Shown here piece by piece: positions 10,736 through 23,930 of a stretch of DNA of 64,000 nucleotides. The stretch's first letter is position 1. Each line of letters opens with the position of its first letter. This DNA comes from Eledone cirrhosa. Its lineage: Eukaryota. The translations under genes were made by a program, and so were the position numbers. Under the pieces are notes generated by a model. The model ran no database searches. It was not told the origin of the DNA and saw nothing but the letters and a program-made list of their open reading frames with translations. Location: assembly GCA_964016885.1 (NCBI GenBank), contig CAXHJY010001451.1, positions 1 through 64,000 on the forward strand. Reading direction: 5' to 3'.

Positions 10736-13700
10736 AATAATAATAATAATTTCTGCATTACTGCCCATAAGGGCCAGCATATAGGGGACAATACAAAGAA
10801 GCGACAGCAGGGGTTACTTACATGCACTCTAGTAAAAAAAAAAAAAAAATGACCGAAACAAACGAAAATAAAAATAACAGAATTCCCCAATAGGGGTGCG
10901 GGGGAGGGGGGGGGGGGGGTTACCACCGAGGAGTGACATTAGGAACTCCACAAATCCCAACCGCCCTTTATCTCCAAAAGCACCCTAGGAGGGCACTCTT
11001 CTCTCCATTCATCTTTCCAGCCTACAGGCGCTTGCTCAGAGTCGGCCCATTCGCATGGGCCCTTCTTGCAACAATCGCCCACTTTTTAAAGAATCTTCTG
11101 GGGGTGTTTGCAGCACTTCTCTCTCCACCCTTATCTTCCTTTCCAAGTCGAACTTGAAGTGACATTAGGAACTCCACAAATCCCAATGGCCCTTTATCTC
11201 CATTCATCTTTCCAGCCTACAGGCGCTTGCTCAGAGTGGGCCCATTCGCATGGGCCCCTCTTGCAACAATCGCCCACTTTTTAAAGAATCTTCTGGGGGT
11301 GTTTGCAGCACTTCTCTCTCCACCCTTATCTTCCTTTCCAAGTCGAACTTGAAGTGACATTAGGAACTCCACAAATCCCAATGGCCCTTTATCTCCATTC
11401 ATCTTTCCAGCCTACAGGCGCTTGCTCAGAGTGGGCCCATTCAAATGGGCCCTTCTTGCAACAATCGCCCACTTTTTAAAGAATCTTCTGGGGGTGTTTG
11501 CAGCACTTCTCTCTCCACCCTTATCTTCCTTTCCAAGTCGAACTTGAAGTGACATTAGGAACTCCACAAATCCCAATGGCCCTTTATCTCCATTCATCTT
11601 TCCAGCCTACAGGCGCTTGCTCAGAGTGGGCCCATTCAAATGGGCCCTTCTTGCAACAATCGCCCCACTTTTTAAAGAATCTTCTGGGGGTGTTTGCAGC
11701 ACTTCTCTCTCCACCCTTATCTTCCTTTCCAAGTCGAACTTGAAGTGACATTAGGAACTCCACAAATCCCAATGGCCCTTTATCTCCATTCATCTTTCCA
11801 GCCTACAGGCGCTTGCTCAGAGTCGGCCCATTCGCATGGGCCCTTCTTGCAACATTCGCCCAATTTTTTAAAGAATCTTCTGGGGTGTTTGCAGCACTTC
11901 TCTCTCCACCCTTATCTTCCTTTCCAAGTCGAACTTGAAGTGACATTAGGAACTCCACAAATCCCAATGGCCCTTTATCTCCATTCATCTTTCCAGCCTA
12001 CAGGCGCTTGCTCAGAGTGGGCCCATTCGCATGGGCCCCTCTTGCAACAATCGCCCACTTTTTAAAGAATCTTCTGGGGGTGTTTGCAGCACTTCTCTCT
12101 CCACCCTTATCTTCCTTTCCAAGTCGAACTTGAAGTGACATTAGGAACTCCACAAATCCCAATGGCCCTTTATCTCCATTCATCTTTCCAGCCTACAGGC
12201 GCTTGCTCAGAGTCGGCCCATTCGCATGGGCCCTTCTTGCAACAATCGCCCACTTTTTAAAGAATCTTCTGGGGGTGTTTGCAGCACTTCTCTCTCCACC
12301 CTTATCTTCCTTTCCAAGTCGAACTTGAAGTGACATTAGGAACTCCACAAATCCCAATGGCCCTTTATCTCCATTCATCTTTCCAGCCTACAGGCGCTTG
12401 CTCAGAGTGGGCCCATTCGCATGGGCCCCTCTTGCAACAATCGCCCACTTTTTAAAGAATCTTCTGGGGGTGTTTGCAGCACTTCTCTCTCCACCCTTAT
12501 CTTCCTTTCCAAGTCGAACTTGAAGTGACATTAGGAACTCCACAAATCCCAATGGCCCTTTATCTCCATTCATCTTTCTAGCCTACAGGCGCTTGCTCAG
12601 AGTGGGCCCATTCAAATGGGCCCTTCTTGCAACAATCGCCCCACTTTTTAAAGAATCTTCTGGGGGTGTTTGCAGCACTTCTCTCTCCACCCTTATCTTC
12701 CTTTCCAAGTCGAACTTGAAGTGACATTAGGAACTCCACAAATCCCAATGGCCCTTTATCTCCATTCATCTTTCCAGCCTACAGGCGCTTGCTCAGAGTC
12801 GGCCCATTCGCATGGGCCCCTCTTGCAACAATCGCCCACTTTTTAAAGAATCTTCTGGGGGTGTTTGCAGCACTTCTCTCTCCACCCTTATCTTCCTTTC
12901 CAAGTCGAACTTGAAGTGACATTAGGAACTCCACAAATCCCAATGGCCCTTTATCTCCATTCATCTTTCCAGCCTACAGGCGCTTGCTCAGAGTCGGCCC
13001 ATTCGCATGGGCCCTTCTTGCAACAATCGCCCCACTTTTTAAAGAATCTTCTGGGGGTGTTTGCAGCACTTCTCTCTCCACCCTTATCTTCCTTTCCAAG
13101 TCGAACTTGAAGTGACATTAGGAACTCCACAAATCCCAATGGCCCTTTATCTCCATTCATCTTTCCAGCCTACAGGCGCTTGCTCAGAGTAGGCCCATTC
13201 GCATGGGCCCCTCTTGCAACAATCGCCCACTTTTTAAAGAATCTTCTGGGGGTGTTTGCAGCACTTCTCTCTCCACCCTTATCTTCCTTTCCAAGTCGAA
13301 CTTGAAGTGACATTAGGAACTCCACAAATCCCAATGGCCCTTTATCTCCATTCATCTTTCCAGCCTACAGGCGCTTGCTCAGAGTCGGCCCATTCGCATG
13401 GGCCCTTCTTGCAACATTCGCCCAATTTTTTAAAGAATCTTCTGGGGTGTTTGCAGCACTTCTCTCTCCACCCTTATCTTCCTTTCCAAGTCGAACTTGA
13501 AGTGACATTAGGAACTCCACAAATCCCAATGGCCCTTTATCTCCATTCATCTTTCCAGCCTACAGGCGCTTGCTCAGAGTGGGCCCATTCGCATGGGCCC
13601 CTCTTGCAACAATCGCCCACTTTTTAAAGAATCTTCTGGGGGTGTTTGCAGCACTTCTCTCTCCACCCTTATCTTCCTTTCCAAGTCGAACTTGAAGTGA

Positions 13701-14375
13701 CATTAGGAACTCCACAAATCCCAATGGCCCTTTATCTCCATTCATCTTTCCAGCCTACAGGCGCTTGCTCAGAGTCGGCCCATTCGCATGGGCCCTTCTT
13801 GCAACAATCGCCCACTTTTTAAAGAATCTTCTGGGGGTGTTTGCAGCACTTCTCTCTCCACCCTTATCTTCCTTTCCAAGTCGAACTTGAAGTGACATTA
13901 GGAACTCCACAAATCCCAATGGCCCTTTATCTCCATTCATCTTTCCAGCCTACAGGCGCTTGCTCAGAGTCGGCCCATTCGCATGGGCCCCTCTTGCAAC
14001 AATCGCCCACTTTTTAAAGAATCTTCTGGGGGTGTTTGCAGCACTTCTCTCTCCACCCTTATCTTCCTTTCCAAGTCGAACTTGAAGTGACATTAGGAAC
14101 TCCACAAATCCCAATGGCCCTTTATCTCCATTCATCTTTCCAGCCTACAGGCGCTTGCTCAGAGTCGGCCCATTCGCATGGGCCCTTCTTGCAACAATCG
14201 CCCACTTTTTAAAGAATCTTCTGGGGTGTTTGCAGCACTTCTCTCTCCACCCTTATCTTCCTTTCCAAGTCGAACTTGAAAAAGACTGAAGGACTTTAAA
14301 CAGGGGGTGAGTCTGCTGATTGACATGGCAACTCCTATAGACAAGGGTGTATCTATAAAAACATGCCTAGACAAG
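10736..14375 (-). mobile_element. Tx1/L1-like LINE 3' end with (ATT)n tail, containing a 195-bp satellite (~17 units, 10932-14280)
   Basis: Unit encodes FKFDLERKIRVERE..RFFKKWAIVARRAHANGPTLSKRL*, similar to 30259-30370 (FERRIKVERKALSPSQFHERWVKVAIMA); 3'UTR and tail at 10736-10930. Clade assignment is from recall. Confidence 0.7.
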
Positions 14376-14379
14376 TATA

Positions 14380-14497
14380 ATAGTTTCTACTTTTGGCACA
14401 AGGCCACCGATTACCCCCAGTGCACCACTGGTACTTTATTTTATCGACCTCGTAAGGATGAAAGGCAAAGTTAACCTCGGCGGATTTGAACTCAGTA
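14380..14497 (-). mobile_element. Truncated Meta-like SINE
   Basis: Reverse complement of the B-box, Meta-like domain and tail. Confidence 0.75.
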
Positions 14498-14505
14498 CAG
14501 ACAAG

Positions 14506-14804
14506 TCATCATCATCATCATCATCATCACCGTTTTACGTCCGTTCTTCCACGCTAGCATGGGTTAGACGGGTTGTCCTGTTGTGGGCAGTGTCCGGTCG
14601 GCTGACCTTGCCCTTGCTCATACAGGAACTGATTCTGGCTTGATTTCTACAGCTGGATGCCCTTCCTAACACCAACCTCATTTACAGTGAGTGCTGGGTG
14701 CTTCTTTTGCCGTGGCGCTTACATGTCCACTTTATAGTGTGGCTGGGTGCTTTTTTGCCGTGGCACCCCCACAACCACCTTGCGGTGGGGGGGTGTGGGG
14801 GCAC
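14506..14804 (-). mobile_element. 3' end of RTE-VNTR element (inverted), (GAT)n tail
   Basis: Reverse complement of the 15140-15990 3' region; similar piece at 49165-49450. Confidence 0.8.
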
Positions 14805-15990
14805 AAGTGTAGCAGTAATATAAGCGAACGGCAAAGCATGAATGAATTGAGAGAGAGACTGAGCATAAGAGGAATCAAATGCTGTGTGCAGGAGAGGCGG
14901 TTACGCTGGTATGGACATGTGATGCGTATGAAGGATGACAGCTGCATAAAAAGGTGCAGAGCACTAGAAGTCGATGGAAACCGCGGAGTGGGGAGACCCA
15001 AGATGACCTGGGATGAGGTGATAAAAGCCGACCTTACCCAATTGCACCTCTCAAAGGCGATGACACACGACCGTGACCTCTGGCGTCACGCAGTAATACA
15101 GAGTACCCAACCTCCCATGGGTACAAGCTGAAGCATATAAACAATATGCCCCACACCCCTCACTGTAAAGTGGTCGAGGAGGTGCCACAGCAAAAAAGCA
15201 CCCAGCCCACACTGTAAAGTGGTTGTGGAGGTACCATGGCAAAAAAAGCACCCAGCACTCACTGTAAAGTGGTCGTGGAGGTGCCACGGCAAAAAAGCAC
15301 CCAGCCCATACTGTAAAGTGATCGTGGAGGTGCCATGGCAAAAAAGCACCCAGCACTCACTGTAAAGTGGTCGTGGAGGTGCCACGGAAAAAAAAGCACC
15401 CAGCACTCACTGTAAGGTGGTCATGGAGGTGCCACGGAAAAAAAAGCACCCAGCACTCACTGTAAAGTGGTCGTGGAGGTGCCACGGCAAAAAAGCACCC
15501 AGCACTCACTGTAAAGTGGTCGTGGAGGTGCCACGGAAAAAAAAGCACCCAGCACTCACTGTAAAGTGGACGTAGAGGTGCCATGGCAAAAAAACACCCA
15601 GCCCACACTGTAAAGTGGTCATGTAGGTGCCACGGAAAAAAAAGCACCCAGCACTCCCTGTAAAGTGGTCGTGGAGGTGCTACGGAAAAAAAAGCACCCA
15701 GCACTCACTGTAAAGTGGTCGTGGAGGTGCCACGGCAAAAAAAGCACCCAGCCCACACTGTAAAGTGGTTGTGTAGGCACCACGGAAAAAAAAGCACCCA
15801 GCACTCACTGTAAATGAGGTTGGTGTTAGGAAGGACATCCAGCTGTAGAAATCAAGCCAGAATCAGTTGCCGTACGAGCAAGACAAGGTCAGCCGACCGG
15901 ACACTGCCCGCAACAGGACAACCCGTCTAACCCATGCTAGCGTGGCAGAACGGACATAAAACGGTGATGATGATGATGACGATGATGATG
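14805..15990 (+). mobile_element. 5'-truncated RTE LINE: ORF end + 49-bp VNTR 3'UTR + (GAT)n tail
   Basis: ELRERLSIRGIKCCVQERRLRWYGHVMRM..GRPKMTW..DRDLW (stop at 15131), then ~13 VNTR units. Confidence 0.88.
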
Positions 15991-16011
15991 ATATATATAA
16001 AAATATCTTAC

Positions 16012-16099
16012 CGATGATCCGTAGAGAGTTTACAAAAGAATATCGTAGCGTTATCAGACGGCTCAGCATTTATGTCGTCTAGTACGTAGAATTCACAGC
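16012..16099 (-). CDS. ZFYVE21: ZFYVE21-like exon 4 (G-CEFYVLDDINAEPSDNATIFFCKLSTDH-R), start of the PH-like domain
   Basis: 88 nt, acceptor atttgtttttcag, donor GTAAGA, phase 1/2. CKLSTDHRYL resembles the recalled CRLSNNQRYL. Confidence 0.92.
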
Positions 16100-16212
16100 C
16101 TGAAAAACAAATAGACAGGGTTGTGGGTAATGTGCAGTGGCAAAGGGTAACCTGGAAAGCAGGGCATGCAGTCCAATCGGCATGGCGGAAAGTGGGGCTG
16201 TGCAGCCTTACG

Positions 16213-18980
16213 GTAAGAACCTTTGTTAAGTTATGTTCCAGGAGAAATATGGTAAGAACCTTTGTTAAGTTATGTTCCAGTAGAAATATGGTAACAACCT
16301 TTGTTAAGTTATGTTCCATTAGAAATATGGTAACAACCTTTGTTAAGTTATGTTCCAGTAGAAATATGGTAATGAAAGGGTTAAAATGTTTATATTTATC
16401 TAAAAAGCTTCCATCATAATTTTATGTAGGAACCTTTGTTAAGTTATGTTCCATGAGAAATATGGTAATGAAAGGGTTAAAATGTTTATATTTATCTAAA
16501 AAGCTTCCATCATAATTTTATGTAAGAACCTTTGTTAAGTTATGTCCCATTAGAAATATGGTAATGAAAGGGTTAAAATGTTTATATTTATCTAAAAAGC
16601 TTCCACCATAATTTTATGTAAGAACCTTTGTTAAGTTATATCCCATTAGAAATATGGTAATGAAAGGGTTAAAGTGTTTATATTTATCTAAAAACCTTCC
16701 ATCATAATTTTATGTAGGAACCTTTGTTAAGTTATGTTCCATTAGAAATATGGTAATGAAAAGGTTAAAGTGTTTATATTTATCTAAAAACCTTCCATCA
16801 TAATTTTATGTAAGAACCTTTGTTAAGTTATGTCCCATTAGAAATATGGCAGTGAAAGGGTTAAAGTGTTTATATTTATCTAAAAACCTTCCAAACTAAT
16901 TTTATGTGAGAACCTTTGTTAAGTTATGTTCCATTAGAAATAAGGTAATGAAAGGGTTAAAGTGTTTATATTTATCTAAAAACCTTAGTGTTTATATTTA
17001 TCTAAAAACCTTCCATCATAATTTTATGTAAGAACCTTTGTTAAGTTATGTTCCATTAGAAATATGGTAATGAAAAGGTTAAAGTGTTTATATTTATCTA
17101 AAAACCTTCCATCATAATTTTATGTAAGAACCTTTGTTAAGTTATGTCCCATTAGAAATATGGCAGTGAAAGGGTTAAAGTGTTTATATTTATCTAAAAA
17201 CCTTCCAAACTAATTTTATGTGAGAACCTTTGTTAAGTTATGTTCCATTAGAAATAAGGTAATGAAAGGGTTAAAGTGTTTATATTTATCTAAAAACCTT
17301 AGTGTTTATATTTATCTAAAAACCTTCCATCATAATTTTATGTAAGAACCTTTGTTAAGTTATGTTCCATTAGAAATATGGTAATGAAAGGGTTAAAGTG
17401 TTTATATTTATCTAAAAACCTTAGTGTTTATATTTATCTAAAAACCTTCCATCATAATTTTATGTAAGAACCTTTGTTAAGTTATGTTCCATTAGAAATA
17501 TGGTAATGAAAGGGTTAAAGTGTTTATATTTATCTAAAAACCTTCCATCATAATTTTATGTAAGAACCTTTGTTAAGTTATGTTCCATGAGAAATATGGT
17601 AATGAAAGGGTTAAAGTGTTTATATTTATCTAAAAACCTTCCATCATAATTTTATGTAAGAACCTTTGTTAAGTTATGTTCCATTAGAAATATGGTAATG
17701 AAAGGGTTAAAGTGTTTATATTTATCTAAAAACCTTCCATCATAATTTTTTTTTAAGAACCTTTGTTAAGTTATGTTCCATTAGAAATATGGTAATGAAA
17801 GGGTTAAAGTGTTTATATTTATCTAAAAACCTTCCATCATAATTTTATGTAAGAACCTTTGTTAAGTTATGTTCCATGAGAAATATGGTAATGAAAGGGT
17901 TAAAGTGTTTATATTTATCTAAAAACCTTCCATCATAATTTTATGTAAGAACCTTTGTTAAGTTATGTTCCATGAGAAATATGGTAATGAAAGGGTTAAA
18001 GTGTTTATATTTATCTAAAAACCTTCCAACATAATTTTATGTAAGAACCTTTGTTAAGTTATGTTCCATGAGAAATATGGTAATGAAAGGGTTAAAGTGT
18101 TTATATTTATCTAAAAACCTTCCATCATAATTTTATGTAAGAACCTTTGTTAAGTTATGTTCCATTAGAAATATGGTAATGAAAGGGTTAAAGTGTTTAT
18201 ATTTATCTAAAAACCTTCCATCATAATTTTTTTTTAAGAACCTTTGTTAAGTTATGTTCCATTAGAAATATGGTAATGAAAGGGTTAAAGTGTTTATATT
18301 TATCTAAAAACCTTCCATCATAATTTTATGTAAGAACCTTTGTTAAGTTATGTTCCATGAGAAATATGGTAATGAAAGGGTTAAAGTGTTTATATTTATC
18401 TAAAAACCTTCCATCATAATTTTATGTAAGAACCTTTGTTAAGTTATGTTCCATGAGAAATATGGTAATGAAAGGGTTAAAGTGTTTATATTTATCTAAA
18501 AACCTTCCAACATAATTTTATGTAAGAACCTTTGTTAAGTTATGTTCCATGAGAAATATGGTAATGAAAGGGTTAAAGTGTTTATATTTATCTAAAAACC
18601 TTCCATCATAATTTTATGTAAGAACCTTTGTTAAGTTATGTTCCATTAGAAATATGGTAATGAAAGGGTTAAAGTGTTTATATTTATCTAAAAACCTTCC
18701 ATCATAATTTTTTTTTAAGAACCTTTGTTAAGTTATGTTCCATTAGAAATATGGTAATGAAAGGGTTAAAGTGTTAATATTTATCTAAAAACCTTCCACC
18801 ATAATTTTATGTAAGAACCTTTGTTAAGTTATGCCCCATCAGAAATATGGCAATGAAAGGGTTAAAGTGTTTATATTTATCTAAAATCCTTCCACCATAA
18901 TTTTATGCGAGAACCTTTGTTATGTTACGTTCCATTAGAAATATGGTAACGAAAGGGTTTCTATTTATCTAAAAACCTTC
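16213..18980. repeat. AT-rich 97-bp satellite (preceded by 39-bp subunits) containing GAAAGGGTTAA
   Basis: Unit ccttccatcataattttatgtaagaacctttgttaagttatgttccattagaaatatggtaatgaaagggttaaagtgtttatatttatctaaaaa; related piece at 10408-10560. Confidence 0.93.
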
Positions 18981-19066
18981 TAACCCTCTTTGCCATACTA
19001 CAGTGGCGACACTACAACCCTAACAACCACTACCACAGCGAGACAGGTAACCCCTAATGAGCCTTA

Positions 19067-19261
<195 letters not shown>

Positions 19262-19274
19262 TCACAATATTTAG

Positions 19275-19412
19275 ATTGGCAATATCGGTAGAAGGTCGGA
19301 CGCCATGATTTTGAAGCATAGAGTTACGGCCCTTGCCATTCTGAGTTCAAATCCCGCCGAGGTAAACTTTGCCTTTCATCCTTACGGAGTCGATAAAATA
19401 AAGTACCAGTAA
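19275..19412 (+). mobile_element. Meta-like SINE (3' truncated)
   Basis: Same head, B-box and central domain as 5840. Confidence 0.75.
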
Positions 19413-19414
19413 TT

Positions 19415-22222
19415 CATTTTATTTCATTCTACGTCCGCTCTTTCCCTGCAAGGGTGGGACAGGAACTGATTCTGGCTTGATGTCTACAGCTGGATGCCCT
19501 TCCTAACACCAACCTCATTTACAGTGAGTGCTGGGTGCTTTTTTTCCGTGGCACCTCCACGACCACTTTACAGTGAGTGCTGGGTGCTTTTTTGCTGTGG
19601 CACCTCCACGACCACTTTACAGTGAGTGCTGGGTGCTTTTTTGCTGTGGCACCTCCACGACCACTTTACAGTGAGTGCTGGGTGCTTTTTTGCTGTGGCA
19701 CCTCCACGACCACTTTACAGTGAGTGCTGGGTGCTTTTTTGCTGTGGCACCTCCACGACCACTTTACAGTGAGTGCTGGGTGCTTTTTTGCTGTGGCACC
19801 TCCACGACCACTTTACAGTGAGTGCTGGGTGCTTTTTTGCTGTGGCACCTCCACGACCACTTTACAGTGAGTGCTGGGTGCTTTTTTGCTGTGGCACCTC
19901 CACGACCACTTTACAGTGAGTGCTGGGTGCTTTTTTTTTCCGTGACATCCCCACGACCACTTCACAGTGAGTGCTGGGTGCTTTTTTTTTTCCGTGGTAC
20001 CTCCACGACCACTTTACAGTGAGTGCTGGGTGCTTTTTTTTCCGTGACACCTCCATGACCACTTTACAGTGAGTGCTGGGTGCTTTTTTACCGTGGCACC
20101 TCCACGACCACTCTACAATGAGTGCTGGGTGCTTTTTTGCAGTGGCACCTCCATGACCACCTTACAGTGAGTGCTGGGTGCTTTTTTACCGTGGCACCTC
20201 CACGACCACTTTACAATGAGTGCTGGGTGCTTTTTTGCCGTGGCACCTCCACGACCACTTTACAGTGAGTGCTGGGTGCTTTTTTTTCCGTGACACCCCC
20301 ACGACCACTTTACAGTGAGTGCTGGGTGCTTTCTTACCGTGGAACCTCCACGACCACTTTACAGTGAGTGCTGGGTGCTTTTTTGCCGTGGCACCTCCAC
20401 GACCACTCTACAGTGAGTGCTGGGTGCTTTTTTGCCGTGGCACCACCACGACCACTTTACAGTGAGTGCTGGGTGCTTTTTTTTTCCGTGACATCCCCAC
20501 GACCACTTCACAGTGAGTGCTGGGTGCTTTTTTTTTCCGTGGTACCTCCACGACCACTTTACAGTGAGTGCTGGGTGCTTTCTTACCGTGGAAGCTCCAC
20601 GACCACTTTACAGTGAGTGCTGGGTGCTTTTTTGCCGTGGCACCTCCACGACCACTCTACAGTGAGTGCTGGGTGCTTTTTTGCCGTGGCACCACCACGA
20701 CCACTTTACAGTGAGTGCTGGGTGCTTTTTTTTTCCGTGACATCCCCACGACCACTTTACAGTGAGTGCTGGGTGCATTTTTGCCGTGGCACCTCCACGA
20801 CCACTCTACAGGGAGTGCTGGGTGCTTTTTTTTCCGTGGTACCTCCACGACCACTTTACAGTGAGTGCTGGGTGCTTTTTTGCCGTGGCACCTCCACGAC
20901 GACTTTACAGTGTGGGCTGGGTGCTTTTTTGCCGTGGCACCTCCACGACCACCTTAGAGTAAGTGCTGGGTGCTTTTTTGCTGTGGCACCTCCACGACCA
21001 CTTTACAGTGAGTGCTGAGTGCTTTTTGCCATTGCACCTCCACGACCACTTTACAGTGAGTGCTGGGTGCTTTTTTTTTCCGTGACACCTCCATGACCAC
21101 TTTACAGTGAGTGCTGGGTGCTTTTTTGCCGTGGCACCACCACGACCACCTTACAGTGAGTGCTGGGTGCTTTTTGCCATTGCACCTCCACGACCACTCT
21201 ACAGTGAGTGCTGGGTGCTTTTTTGCCGTGGCACCTCCACGACCACCTTACAGTCAGTGCTGGGTGCTTTTTTACCGTGGCACCTCCACGACCACTTTAC
21301 AGTGAGTGCTGGGTGCTTTTTTGCCGTGGCACCTCCACGATCACTTTACAGTGAGTGCTGGGTGCTCTTTTGCCGTGGCACCTCCACGACCACTTTACAG
21401 TGAGTGCTGGGTGCTTTTTTGCCGTGACACCTCCATGACCACTTTACAGTGTGGGCTGAGTGCTTTTTTGCCGTGGCACCTCCACGACCACTTTACAGTG
21501 AGTGCTGGGTGCTTTTTTGCCGTGGCACCTCCACGACCACTTTACAGTGAGTGCTGGGTGCTTTTTTGCCGTGAGTGCTGGGTGCTTTTTTTTCCGTGGG
21601 ACCTCCACGACCACTTTACAGTGAGTGCTGGGTGCTTTTTTGCCGTGGCACCTCCACAATGACTTTACAGTGTGGGCTGGGTGCTTTTTTGCCATGGCAC
21701 CTCCACAATGACTTTACAGTGTGGGCTGGGTGCTTTTTTGCCGTGGCACCTCCACGACCACTTTACAGTGAGTGCTGGGTGCTTTTCTTTCCGTGGCACC
21801 TCCACGACCACTTTACAGTGAGTCCTGGGTGCTTTTTTTTTCCGTGGTACCTCCACGACCACTTTACAGTGAGTGCTGGGTGCTTTTTTGCCGTGGCACC
21901 TCCACGACCACTTTACAGTGAGTGCTGGGTGCTTTTTTGCCATGGCACCTCCACGACCACTTTACAGTGAGTGCTGGGTGCTTTTTTGCCGTGGCACCTC
22001 CACGACCACTTTACAGTGAGTGCTGGGTGCTTTTTTGCTGTGGCACCTCCACGACCACCTTGCAGTGGGAGGGTGTGGGGGCTTATTTTCTATATGCTTC
22101 CGCTTATACCCATGGGAGGTCGGGTACTCTGTATTACTGCATGACGCCAGAGGTCACGGTCGTGTGTCATCCATCGCCTTGGAGAGGTGTAATTGGTTAA
22201 GGTCGGCTTTTATCACCTCATC
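19415..22222 (-). mobile_element. RTE-VNTR element, inverted; ~50 units of the 49-bp VNTR
   Basis: 22080-22222 is the reverse complement of the RTE ORF end at 15010-15155; tail at 19415-19480. Confidence 0.85.
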
Positions 22223-22227
22223 CATTG

Positions 22228-22370
22228 AAGGTGGAAAACTGGGAGAGGGCACTTGCCCTGGTGGTCAGGGTCACCGTGGCTTTTTTAATGGGCTTTCTCC
22301 ACGAATGTCCCTTGGAAGTCTCCCCCCTATTGGGGAATTTTTCATTGTTTCTTTTTTTGTTACATCCTTC

Positions 22371-22403
<33 letters not shown>

Positions 22404-22506
22404 TGCAGAAATGCCCATTGGTACCGTCCTGTACTGTCCTTAATGTCTACTTTGTGTAAACCCTTGTGGTTAATAAAGAAAGCATTATTATTATTATTAT
22501 CATTAC
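22228..22506 (+). mobile_element. LINE 3'UTR fragment (Tx1/L1-like) with AATAAA and (ATT)n tail
   Basis: Similar to the reverse complement of 10736-10930. Confidence 0.55.
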
Positions 22507-22877
22507 TAGCAGAAAAACTCAAATTCGATGACAGCCTTGTGTGGGCAGGCCTAAGAAGACTTGGGATGAGGTAATAAAAGCTGACCTTGTACAATTACAC
22601 ATCTCAAAGGCAATGATTCAGAACCACGACCTCTGGTGCTATGCAGTCTTACGGAAGACCTGCCCTCTATTGTTCTCGAGATGAGGTTTATCCCTAGAGG
22701 GCATCACCTTCCTTCACCTTCCAGCCCCTCTCATTCACACCCCTTAGCGGAAACCATACCTCCCATACTACCTTGTCAACTTCTTTTATTCGGGTGGTGT
22801 TCTGCTAGCATGTGTAATGTGTATATTGATATTATACGCAGGTATATATACATGTAGATATGATACGTCAAATAAGT

Positions 22878-23524
22878 TATGTAAGGTAAAGCCTTTACTG
22901 TGACAATACGATAGTATATATAGAGTAATGTAAATGTTATGTGAGATATTATGTGAGGTAAAGCCTTTACTGTGACAATACAATAGTATATATAGAGTAA
23001 TGTAAATGTTATGTGAGATATTATGTGAGGTAAAGCCTTTACTGTGACAATACAATAGTATATATAGAGTAATGTAAATGTTATGTGAGATATTATGTGA
23101 GGTAAAGCCTTTACTGTGACAATACAATAGTATATATAGAGTAATGTAAATGTTATGTGAGGTATTATGTGAGGTAAAGCCTTTACTGTGACAATACAAT
23201 AGTATATATAGAGTAATGTAAATGTTATGTGAGATATTATGTGAGGTAAAGCCTTTACTGTGACAATACAATAGTATATATAGAGTAATGTAAATGTTAT
23301 GTGAGATATTATGTGAGGTAAAGCCTTTACTGTGACAATACAATAGTATATATAGAGTAATGTAAATGTTATGTGAGGTATTATGTGAGGTAAAGCCTTT
23401 ACTGTGACAATACAATAGTATATATAGAGTAATGTAAATGTTATGTGAGATATTATGTGAGGTAAAGCCTTTACTGTGACAATACAATAGTATATATAGA
23501 GTAATGTAAATGCTAAAGGGTTAA
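22878..23524. repeat. Second 72-bp satellite array (~9 units), same AAAGGGTTAA end
   Basis: Same unit as 1586-5350. Confidence 0.95.
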
Positions 23525-23930
23525 ATAAACTAGCAGAAAAACCAAACCACCCTTCGAGTGGTTTTCTGCTAGCATATGTAGTGTGTATGTAGTGTAGTGT
23601 GATATTATACGCAGGTGTATATGTACATGTAGATATGATACACCAAATAAAATCAATTTGACAATATATAACACACAGAGATTGAACCAAGACTGTGTTA
23701 CACTGTCTTATTTAATCAGTAAAGTAATCCATGAGACATTAAAAAAAGACGATATTATATATAAAGTGGATTAGGAGAAAATTAGTGACGGAAATATATG
23801 AATGTTTATTTAAGTGATCGCTAACCGGAAGTGTTGACATTTGAAAATTTTAAAGAAGTGAATCTTTAAATAAGTAATAAAATATTAGTAGATAAATTAT
23901 GTAATATTCATTCATTATTTATTCAATTTA

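Noticed and set aside
11022-14135. Tandem 61-aa gene array
   Set aside because: Chimeric reading across satellite unit junctions of a LINE fragment.
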